From a virus (lineage: Duplodnaviria; Caudoviricetes): 33,169 nucleotides of DNA. The position numbers and the translations under genes were made by a program. The notes below the pieces were generated by a model. The model was not told the DNA's origin and did no database searches. It saw only the letters and a list, made by a program, of their open reading frames with translations. This document shows, one piece after another, positions 15,831 to 23,716 of the stretch. Location: IMG/VR virus record IMGVR_UViG_3300048579_000349, positions 1 to 33,169 of that record; one strand, 5' to 3'. The first letter of the stretch is position 1; every line of letters starts with the position of its first letter.

Positions 15831-15915
15831 TTTGTATTAAATATTTTTAGAAAAGATTATATTTATTCCTTGACATATATAATAACAGTATATATCTTTG
15901 TATTAAATATTTTTA
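15831..15915 (+). repeat. 19-bp perfect direct repeat TTTGTATTAAATATTTTTA (15831-15849, 15897-15915), putative operators
   Basis: Two exact copies flank or overlap the early promoter. Confidence 0.7.
15870..15900 (+). promoter_or_regulatory. Early promoter
   Basis: TTGACA-N17-TATCTTTG upstream of 15943. Confidence 0.72.
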
Positions 15916-15942
15916 ACAATCACTATTTTTAATACAAAGATA

Positions 15943-16278
15943 ATGAGCAGTTACAAAGCAGAATTAAAACGTAGAAAAATTTCATACCGCAAGATTGCCA
16001 CTGATTTATCATTAAGTGCTGCAACTGTTAACTTGGTTTTGGATAATAAATACACTGGTTCTAAAGACACAGAAGATAGAATCATAAAACATATTGAGTA
16101 TCTTATCCAAGACAAAGAAGATATGAATCTTATAATATATAATAATATTGATACGATGCTAAAGGCTACGCATATGCTTATTAAGAATCCCAAGCTTAAT
16201 AATGTAGAGACAAGATACTTTATCAAGTTAAACGAAATACTGAACACCTACAAGGAGAATCAAATTGCCAAAATCTAA
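15943..16278 (+). CDS. Ner/Cro-like HTH regulator
   Basis: ISYRKIATDLSLSAATVNLVL HTH; first early gene. Confidence 0.75.
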   Translation: MSSYKAELKRRKISYRKIATDLSLSAATVNLVLDNKYTGSKDTEDRIIKHIEYLIQDKEDMNLIIYNNIDTMLKATHMLIKNPKLNNVETRYFIKLNEILNTYKENQIAKI

Positions 16279-16483
16279 AATCACATTATTAATTAAACAA
16301 TCCGGTCTTACACGCAAACGCATTTGTGAAGATGTTGGCATCAGTATGATTTATTTGTCACTGATAGAAAATGATGAACGCAAAGCAGTCAAAAAACGTG
16401 AACAGCTTATTGACTATCTCGAATACGAAATTCAATCGCGCAAGACCAAGAAGAGAATTTTCAAAAATAAAAAAGCAGCATAA
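16265..16483 (+). CDS. XRE-family HTH protein
   Basis: GLTRKRICEDVGISMIYLSLIEND; TTG start. Confidence 0.7.
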   Translation: MPKSKITLLIKQSGLTRKRICEDVGISMIYLSLIENDERKAVKKREQLIDYLEYEIQSRKTKKRIFKNKKAA

Positions 16484-16484
16484 T

Positions 16485-16676
16485 ATGTCAGACCCAAAAC
16501 CAATTGAAGTAAAAAGAACCGAATACAAGAACAAGATAAAAATTCAGATTGAACTATTGAAAGCAAATTTAGCGCAGTTCGATAAAGATAATAAAAAAAC
16601 CGATTGGAGTGTAATCGGTAGTCTGTGTTTTGTCCACGATGCACTTCAGGAACTTAATAAACTTTTTTCAAAATAA
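16485..16676 (+). CDS. Hypothetical protein (63 aa)
   Basis: ATG one base after the upstream stop codon. Confidence 0.6.
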   Translation: MSDPKPIEVKRTEYKNKIKIQIELLKANLAQFDKDNKKTDWSVIGSLCFVHDALQELNKLFSK

Positions 16677-16688
16677 TAAATTAATTTT

Positions 16689-16868
16689 ATGGGCGTACTA
16701 AATAATTTAGACCCGGACAGGCAATTAAAAAGGATTAAAAAACAGAAAGAGCACGACAAGAAAAAGTGTATAGAATCTAAAAAGGTTCTATCGAGAAGTG
16801 CTGATTATAATGGTCAGTACCTTCGCACTAAAGCATTCAGAAGATTAAACGCTGCAATCTGCCTATGA
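16689..16868 (+). CDS. Small basic hypothetical protein (59 aa, below the track cutoff)
   Basis: MGVLNNLDPDRQLK...NAAICL; ATGA overlap with the transposase start. Confidence 0.6.
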   Translation: MGVLNNLDPDRQLKRIKKQKEHDKKKCIESKKVLSRSADYNGQYLRTKAFRRLNAAICL

Positions 16869-18871
16869 AAAATTCTACATCTTATAAAATTACAGAGATG
16901 AATATGCAGAATACACAACACGTATCTTCTGAGAGTAGCGTTTCCGAAAATAAACCACTCGATAAAATAATTTTAAATGAAGATGTAATCAACCTGCAAG
17001 CCTGCCTACAATACATTATTGATAATCAGGTCAAAGGTATTAATGATGTTTTGAAGGTTGCGGCAAATTATAAGGTGCAGCTTGGCTATGCCTCTATAAT
17101 GAATAAACTGAAAGCATTCAAATCACACGGACCGGCTAAACTCCTGCGTAAAGAAAAATCCGATAAAGGCGAAATAAAAAGTTTCTCGTCTGAGGTTCAG
17201 AGAAAACTACAGGCAATATACACATCACCGCTCGGCGGCTGTGCATTAACAGCTTACAACGATACTCACACCTGGCTGCGTTCTATTTCAAGAGAGTTTA
17301 TTTCGATTAAAACCGGAGAGTGTTTTAAAATATCGAATGGCTGTTTGTATGATATTCAGAACTCGAAGATTATATCTGCTCAGTCTGCAAGGTACGAGCC
17401 GGGTATATATAAAATTGCAGTTGATAAATTAAACGATACTGATGTAGAACTTCAAATCGGTTCGCTCTCCAGTGCAACAAGATTTTTACGCTCGGTGAAG
17501 AAAAATAATTCCGATGCACTCTATTATAATAAATTCGGCTTGTATGATTTCAGGAATAAAAGACAGCACGCAATGAAACTGAATTACTCTCACCTTCAGC
17601 CGAACGAATTATGGTGCGGTGATGGCAAGATGCTTGACCTGCTTGTTATAAGTGATGACTGGAAAAAAGTATATAGACCCTGGCTTATGGACTGGTACGA
17701 TATGGCGACCCGCAGATACTGTTATGAAATAGCTGAAACGGAAAACTCAGAATCAATTGCAAACTCTCTTGCGGTGGCAATAACAAATTGGGGAATCCCA
17801 AAATCAGTTAAGCACGATAACGGCACTTCATATCTTTCAGGCAGATTCGATGCAATGAAAACATCCTTCGGAATAAAGACTCACCATAAGAAAGTAAAAC
17901 TTGCAAGAGCCAACCCTGTGGAATCAATGCATAATATAGTTGATAATATGTGCAAGCCTCTGCCCGGGTACACCGGTAATAAATATCAGGAGTTCCCTGA
18001 AGACACGCGTAACAAATTAAAATTCACACTCGGCGTTCACAGGGATTTAAAGAAGATTGAAAAACTCTTTAAAGACAAAAAGGCAACTGATACATATTAT
18101 GAAAATATTTCCAATCCGGAATCTCGTATGAAGGCAAACAAAAACAGGCTGCTTCATATCTCGGAACTCCGGAAGATACTCGACGAGAAGATGAATGAAT
18201 ATCACAACAGAACTCAGCGCGGACTTGCCGGAGATAAGCTTGGCGAAAAAGTTTACAACAGACTTTGCACAGACGAACTTATAAATGAAATGGGTGAAAA
18301 CCTGAATACACCTGCAGGCAGATATGAATATAAATTAAAAATGGGATTCGTCCCGGTAATGGCTGACCCGTCTGCTGTTTCGATTTATGCAATGAACTTC
18401 GAGCTCCGCACTATCCAGCTTAAACGCGGCATCACACTAAACAATAATGAATTCTATCACGCGGCAATGAGGAACTACGGCGGCGAGCGGGTCCTGATTA
18501 GATACACCAATCCGAACTCTGATATATTATATGTATTTCATAGTGAAGAGTTGCAGAAAATTTCCGATAAGAAATATATGACCACTGAACTTTTCAAAGA
18601 TTTAAAGTTTATATGCATAGCCGAAAAACAAAAACTTATAGATTGGGGCGATAAGGAATCATTCACCGAGCAACTTACTATTCAGAAAAATGAAGAACGC
18701 AGACTGCGTGAAACGTTCAGGGAAGAAAAGAAAACCAATATACATACGCTTACCGGAATCGAAGGACAAATTCCCGAAATACATCAAGCAGAAGAAAATT
18801 ATCAGGAAAGACAAATGAATAAAATTAACCCTATTAAAAAACTTAAATTCAAAGGACCGTTCGATGAGTAA
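16865..18871 (+). CDS. MuA-like DDE transposase
   Basis: WCGDG, HDNG and ANPVES catalytic motifs; C-terminal GITLNNNEFY...VLIRY; MuB-like gene downstream. Confidence 0.92.
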   Translation: MKNSTSYKITEMNMQNTQHVSSESSVSENKPLDKIILNEDVINLQACLQYIIDNQVKGINDVLKVAANYKVQLGYASIMNKLKAFKSHGPAKLLRKEKSDKGEIKSFSSEVQRKLQAIYTSPLGGCALTAYNDTHTWLRSISREFISIKTGECFKISNGCLYDIQNSKIISAQSARYEPGIYKIAVDKLNDTDVELQIGSLSSATRFLRSVKKNNSDALYYNKFGLYDFRNKRQHAMKLNYSHLQPNELWCGDGKMLDLLVISDDWKKVYRPWLMDWYDMATRRYCYEIAETENSESIANSLAVAITNWGIPKSVKHDNGTSYLSGRFDAMKTSFGIKTHHKKVKLARANPVESMHNIVDNMCKPLPGYTGNKYQEFPEDTRNKLKFTLGVHRDLKKIEKLFKDKKATDTYYENISNPESRMKANKNRLLHISELRKILDEKMNEYHNRTQRGLAGDKLGEKVYNRLCTDELINEMGENLNTPAGRYEYKLKMGFVPVMADPSAVSIYAMNFELRTIQLKRGITLNNNEFYHAAMRNYGGERVLIRYTNPNSDILYVFHSEELQKISDKKYMTTELFKDLKFICIAEKQKLIDWGDKESFTEQLTIQKNEERRLRETFREEKKTNIHTLTGIEGQIPEIHQAEENYQERQMNKINPIKKLKFKGPFDE

Positions 18872-19103
18872 AAAATCAATAGTCAAAAACAGTTACCTCG
18901 TCAACGTTGCCGGACGTGTTTTTAAAGGTGCTTACAAATTAATTGTAAAACATTTTTATACCTTTAGACACAGAGACTACGGAGAGGTTACCGGACAGCT
19001 TACAATGTGGGACTTCGCTTCAGGTCATATGGAGGCTATGACCGAAAACGGAGACTTCCTTCCAATGAATATAAAATTTGTGGAGGAAATATATGCACAA
19101 TAA
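18864..19103 (+). CDS. Hypothetical protein between transposase and ATPase
   Basis: 79 aa ORF overlapping both neighbours. Confidence 0.6.
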   Translation: MSKKSIVKNSYLVNVAGRVFKGAYKLIVKHFYTFRHRDYGEVTGQLTMWDFASGHMEAMTENGDFLPMNIKFVEEIYAQ

Positions 19104-20016
19104 TAATACATATTCGCCGGAAGAAATTGCTGAGATATTAAGAGAGTACATTTATCGTTTAAAGTTTTCCCAAAGCCTGCTTGCACAAAAAATCGGTATA
19201 AGCACATCCTCTTTATCTCAGGTGATGGACGGTAAATATAAGTATGACCCAACTAACTCGGTGTGGATTCAGATTAAAAATTTTGTCGATAAAATCGACT
19301 GCACTATTTACAAGACAAAGGTCTATGTAGTAACTCACAGAATTTTATCGGAGACCTTTGAAAAGAAAAAAATATCAGTAATCACATCAGGCAGCGGTGC
19401 AGGCAAGACCACTTCAATTGAGCAGTACTGCCTTGTAAACCCCTTCGCAATATTTATAAGGGTAAATGAATTTTTCACAAACAAATATCTTCTTGAAATA
19501 ATGATGCGTTCGGTTGGCAAAGAACCTTACGGATTGAATATGTCTCAGATGTTCGAGGCACTTTCAAATTATTTCGTGCATAATCAGAAGCTATTTATTT
19601 TTGATGAAGCCGAAAGATTAAAGGTTAGCCAGCTGGAAGCTCTGCGCGACTTCTACGATCAAGGCAATATCGGTTTATCCCTTGTCGGACTGAATGACTT
19701 GCGGAATCTTTTAAAGCGCGGACGTAACCTCAGAGAAAATCTCGTACAGCTTTATTCGAGAGTAGCTTATCAGGATGTTGTTGACTTCCTCGAACCGGCT
19801 GATATAAAAATGTTATTCAAAGATAAATTGCCCGGTAATAAAGTATCAAATGAAATGCTTAAGCACCTTGCCAAAAAGTACGAAAAGCAGGGAGGCTTCC
19901 GCTCTATGCTTAACCTGGCGGAAATAGTTTTGAAGGTACTCGATAATAACAAAGATAAAAAAGTGGAAATCGACGACGACCTGATTTCCGATTCTGAAAA
20001 ATATTTATTTGTATAA
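19093..20016 (+). CDS. MuB-like AAA+ transposition ATPase with N-terminal HTH
   Basis: GGAGGA RBS; SQSLLAQKIGISTSSLSQ HTH; Walker A GSGAGKT; Walker B FIFDEA; QLYSRV. Confidence 0.92.
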   Translation: MHNNNTYSPEEIAEILREYIYRLKFSQSLLAQKIGISTSSLSQVMDGKYKYDPTNSVWIQIKNFVDKIDCTIYKTKVYVVTHRILSETFEKKKISVITSGSGAGKTTSIEQYCLVNPFAIFIRVNEFFTNKYLLEIMMRSVGKEPYGLNMSQMFEALSNYFVHNQKLFIFDEAERLKVSQLEALRDFYDQGNIGLSLVGLNDLRNLLKRGRNLRENLVQLYSRVAYQDVVDFLEPADIKMLFKDKLPGNKVSNEMLKHLAKKYEKQGGFRSMLNLAEIVLKVLDNNKDKKVEIDDDLISDSEKYLFV

Positions 20017-20018
20017 CT

Positions 20019-20354
20019 ATGAACCTATTCACAACATCATTTCAGACGGCTGTATCCTTAAAGAAAATCGGTTTCCCGCAGGAATCAATTTTCTATCACC
20101 ACAATAAAACTAAAGATGTAGTGCATTCAAAGGATATGCCGGTATATAAAGACTGGAATAAGCATTACACTGCAGCACACATTGGTGCAGACTTTGATAA
20201 ATATTTGCCTGCAGGTACTGCTATCAGGCTGACTAAATTCGGAACATGGTATGCGGAATCCGGTAAACTTGTTTCACGTTCCTCTGTGAATCTTATCGAT
20301 GCAAAGGCAGACCTTGTTCAAAAACTTTTTGCAAATAAATTAATACAATTTTGA
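20019..20354 (+). CDS. Hypothetical protein
   Basis: Tightly packed in the early operon. Confidence 0.65.
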   Translation: MNLFTTSFQTAVSLKKIGFPQESIFYHHNKTKDVVHSKDMPVYKDWNKHYTAAHIGADFDKYLPAGTAIRLTKFGTWYAESGKLVSRSSVNLIDAKADLVQKLFANKLIQF

Positions 20355-20355
20355 T

Positions 20356-20574
20356 ATGAGTAAATATATAACAATAACATTCGAAGTTGACAACGATTTT
20401 ACAAAAATGACAAATATTAATTATTCGCCGGCGAACCTGAAGGCAGAAACTATAAAAGGAATTCTTCAAGCCGGAGCAGAAGCTATTGAATTAGAACTTG
20501 AAAAATACGGAGACGGAATAGACTTATGCAATCAAGCTCAAAGTATCTTAGAATGTAATTCCAAAAACCCTTAA
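20356..20574 (+). CDS. Hypothetical protein
   Basis: Tightly packed in the early operon. Confidence 0.6.
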   Translation: MSKYITITFEVDNDFTKMTNINYSPANLKAETIKGILQAGAEAIELELEKYGDGIDLCNQAQSILECNSKNP

Positions 20575-20585
20575 ATAATAAAATT

Positions 20586-21122
20586 ATGAATAATGATTTA
20601 TTTCTTAGAAAGCCTCCGCTCGATAAAATAACCGAATCGGAGGAGAAACTATTTCAGGATAAGCTCACTCCTGATACCTCATTTCTTAACTTCCTTATGT
20701 TCGACGGCAACTGTCCAATTGAGAACTGGAAGAAGGAAGAGCAGGCACTCCAAGAAGTCAGCGAGTTAAAAAACCGCAAGAAGGAAATTGAAAGTTTCCA
20801 AGCTGAATGGATAAAATATATTGTTGATATTACCTCCGAAGCCTGTAATAAAATCGATGCTAAAATTGATTTAATAAATTCAAAGATTCAGAAATACGCC
20901 CGTGATAACTCCGACGACGTGAAGCTTGAAAAACAAGACGGTGTGGAAAAAGGGGAAATCGTACTCGGAAATTTCAGAATCGAAGTTGTTAAAAAGATTT
21001 CGATTAAAAAGGCAGTAGCCGGCAAACCGATTAAAGAAGATAACTCAGATAACGAAATATTATTTGAGGACTCCGTCCCGGCTGAAAACTTCGAGCGGGT
21101 GCCGGGCACACAGCAGGTTTAA
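20586..21122 (+). CDS. Mu Gam-like coiled-coil protein (tentative)
   Basis: Long coiled coil ending IQKYARDN followed by short strands GEIVLGNFRI; typical position after MuB. Confidence 0.45.
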   Translation: MNNDLFLRKPPLDKITESEEKLFQDKLTPDTSFLNFLMFDGNCPIENWKKEEQALQEVSELKNRKKEIESFQAEWIKYIVDITSEACNKIDAKIDLINSKIQKYARDNSDDVKLEKQDGVEKGEIVLGNFRIEVVKKISIKKAVAGKPIKEDNSDNEILFEDSVPAENFERVPGTQQV

Positions 21123-21153
21123 AATCATTTTATAAATCAATTAAATAATTAAT

Positions 21154-21777
21154 ATGGCAACAGAAAATGCAAACAAAGAGTGGATGAACAGTAACGGGAA
21201 TTTTATTCCCAAAAAAAACATCCCAAAAATTTATCGCGAGCGCGATAAAGTAGTAATGAAAATTACCAAGCGTATGGAAAAACTTGAAAGGCAAATGAAA
21301 GCCGTTAAGGCTGCCAACTTCAAAGATGTGGATGCATACCTTGCTAAGCTTGCTAAAACAAACGGTGTACAGAAAGATATAAAGGGTAACATCACGCTGT
21401 CGAGTTACGATAATCTGTATCGCGTTGAATTAAATAGAAATGAAATCGAAGGGTTCGACGAACAGCTTAATGTTGCAAAACAGCTTATCGACGAGTGTAT
21501 TATTAAATGGTCGAAAGGCTCTGATAAGAATCTCATTCCGGTTATTACGGAAGCTTTCAAGCTCGATAACAACAAGAGATTCAATACAAATGCAATATGG
21601 AATCTGACTAAGCTGAACATTAAAGACCCGACGTGGAAAAAAGCTGTAGACCTTATAACAAACTCACGTCAGAAGGTAGGCTCCAAACAGTATATGCAGG
21701 TAGCTTCAAGGAAAAGTCATAAATCTTTATTCAAGAGTATTAATATGAATTTTTCCTCAATGGATTTACCGGAATAA
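21154..21777 (+). CDS. DUF3164-family Mu-like phage protein
   Basis: WMNSNGNFIP, RDKVV, KGNITLSSYD, AKQLIDECIIKW and WKKAVDLI motifs. Confidence 0.85.
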   Translation: MATENANKEWMNSNGNFIPKKNIPKIYRERDKVVMKITKRMEKLERQMKAVKAANFKDVDAYLAKLAKTNGVQKDIKGNITLSSYDNLYRVELNRNEIEGFDEQLNVAKQLIDECIIKWSKGSDKNLIPVITEAFKLDNNKRFNTNAIWNLTKLNIKDPTWKKAVDLITNSRQKVGSKQYMQVASRKSHKSLFKSINMNFSSMDLPE

Positions 21778-21808
21778 TTTATTTTTTCTTAATCTAAATT
21801 TTTTCATT

Positions 21809-21988
21809 ATGATTTACGGAAAAAGAGTAAGCACAAAACCATCACTGCCTGAATGTGATTTAAATCCGGCAGAGTCAGAGCCTGAACAGAAAACTGATAA
21901 CGTTGCAGTAAGATTAATAATATTTTTACTTGGCATAATTTCAGGGCTGTGCATAGCGGCTATGGCATTTCATTCAAAGGGTATGTAA
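21809..21988 (+). CDS. Small protein with a C-terminal TM helix (59 aa, below the track cutoff)
   Basis: MIYGKRV...LIIFLLGIISGLCIAAMAF; TAATG overlap with the next gene. Confidence 0.6.
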   Translation: MIYGKRVSTKPSLPECDLNPAESEPEQKTDNVAVRLIIFLLGIISGLCIAAMAFHSKGM

Positions 21989-22350
21989 TGAGAGAAGTAA
22001 ACACTGCATATTACACAGAGCAGGTCAGGAAGGATGCTTACCTGCAGGAGATTTGCAACAGGAATAAGCTAAATGAAATTTATCAGCTTATTGTTGCAAG
22101 GCTTTACTTCGAAGGGGAGCAGACTATGCAGGAACTCTCCGATGCACTCGGCATTGAAATCAATGTTATGTGTGCCAGGCTTAACGAACTGCGCGATGAC
22201 TTGAAGGTGATTACAAATCCTATGGAAATGAGATTCGATAAAAAAGCAGGTAAGCACATAATGAAATTAAGAAAGAAACTGAATCCAACCACAGGCAAGC
22301 CAAACTCCCTGTGGACTTTAATAAAAACCGAAATGAAATTATTTAATTAA
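21988..22350 (+). CDS. Winged-helix DNA-binding protein
   Basis: TMQELSDALGIEINVMCARLNEL; start at the coupled ATG 21988. Confidence 0.7.
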   Translation: MREVNTAYYTEQVRKDAYLQEICNRNKLNEIYQLIVARLYFEGEQTMQELSDALGIEINVMCARLNELRDDLKVITNPMEMRFDKKAGKHIMKLRKKLNPTTGKPNSLWTLIKTEMKLFN

Positions 22351-22652
22351 TGAATATTTGCCAAGAAGATAATTGCAATTCAAATGGAACGGTTGCCTGT
22401 TGGCTACCTGATGATAAAGATTGTCAGGAAATTACAAATTATTATTGCGAAAAGCATGCGGCTGAAAACGGTTATTGTTATCTATGTGGTGAGTTTTGGG
22501 CGGGTATTGAATCATTTGACATAGTACACCCTGGTTTATGCGATACCTGCTATGATGACTTAAATCAAACTTTTAACAATGATGATATTGAAGATAATTT
22601 TGATTCTCTAATTGAGCATGATGAATTAGATGATTTATTCGAAAATAATTAA
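22350..22652 (+). CDS. Cys-rich acidic zinc-binding protein
   Basis: CxxxxC, CxxH and two CxxC motifs; acidic tail. Confidence 0.65.
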   Translation: MNICQEDNCNSNGTVACWLPDDKDCQEITNYYCEKHAAENGYCYLCGEFWAGIESFDIVHPGLCDTCYDDLNQTFNNDDIEDNFDSLIEHDELDDLFENN

Positions 22653-22661
22653 TTAATCATT

Positions 22662-23165
22662 ATGAAACTCAAACTTGAAGAAATAAGAAAGATTGCAAAC
22701 GAGCTTATATATCCTTTGCAGGTTTTCTGTAAACGAATTGAAATCGCAGGGTCCATACGCAGGGGTATGCCGGAGTGCAAGGATATTGATATTGTCTGTA
22801 TTCCGGATTCGTGGAAGCTGGAAAAATTAATGCTCGATAAAAAAAACTCAGGCATTCCTTTCGAAAAGTTCGGTCCTAAATATAAGAAGTTTCATTTTGC
22901 GGGTGCTTCCGGCTCGGCTTGGGTTGACCTTTACATCACAGACCCGAAACACTTCGGATTGGTTTATCTTATCCGTACCGGCAGTGCGGATTTTAACAAG
23001 AAATGGATTTCGGCACTGTATGCCAAGCATCCGAACTATAAAGTATCAGACGGAAATTTATTTAAGACTGAAAACAATTATACTACACCGATTGATATAG
23101 AAGAAGAGTCGGATATATTTAAAATGATTGGGTGGGATTACATTGAGCCGGAAGACAGAAGATAA
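22662..23165 (+). CDS. Minimal family X DNA polymerase (palm and thumb only)
   Basis: AGSIRRG, KDIDIV, VDL, TGSADFN, EEESDIF and YIEPEDR motifs. Confidence 0.88.
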   Translation: MKLKLEEIRKIANELIYPLQVFCKRIEIAGSIRRGMPECKDIDIVCIPDSWKLEKLMLDKKNSGIPFEKFGPKYKKFHFAGASGSAWVDLYITDPKHFGLVYLIRTGSADFNKKWISALYAKHPNYKVSDGNLFKTENNYTTPIDIEEESDIFKMIGWDYIEPEDRR

Positions 23166-23175
23166 ATATTACTCA

Positions 23176-23352
23176 ATGCCATCCAGGGCTGTCGTAAAGG
23201 ATATATTAAGATTCCATTGCGACCACCTGAATAAAAAGCAATTGGATTATCACACGCGCAAATGCTATGCGCACCTGGCTAAGAACTGGAAAATGAAAGG
23301 TGATTGGTGCCTTGAAATAAGTATATATTCAGAAAAAATAAAAATAAAATGA
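23176..23352 (+). CDS. Hypothetical protein (58 aa)
   Basis: ATG at 23176; fills the gap in the operon. Confidence 0.5.
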   Translation: MPSRAVVKDILRFHCDHLNKKQLDYHTRKCYAHLAKNWKMKGDWCLEISIYSEKIKIK

Positions 23353-23353
23353 T

Positions 23354-23716
23354 ATGCCTAACTACAAACATATATACGCATTACTAAAAGCGGTCAAAAA
23401 AGATAACGAATGGCTGCACTCGATGCTTCCGGAATGGGTCGGTAAATCCTCTTTAAAAGATTTGACACCCGATGAGTATAATAAAGTTGTCAAAGCTTTG
23501 GAATCTGCCAAAGCCAGCAGACCTGCACAATACGGAGAACGCACCGAAAAGCAGCTTAAACTTATTTTATTCTATAAGGAAAAACTCCGTATGACTCCGT
23601 CTGCTCTGAATGCATTTATCCTCCGAACCACAGGCGATAAAAGCAGCACAGACGATTTAAAAATCGCCGAAGCTTCAGCAGTAATAAACGGATTAATGAA
23701 ATTAAAAATAAAATGA
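23354..23716 (+). CDS. Mu GemA/gp16-like protein (DUF1018)
   Basis: GKSSLKDLT, KQLKLI, ALNAFILR and EASAVINGL motifs. Confidence 0.78.
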   Translation: MPNYKHIYALLKAVKKDNEWLHSMLPEWVGKSSLKDLTPDEYNKVVKALESAKASRPAQYGERTEKQLKLILFYKEKLRMTPSALNAFILRTTGDKSSTDDLKIAEASAVINGLMKLKIK

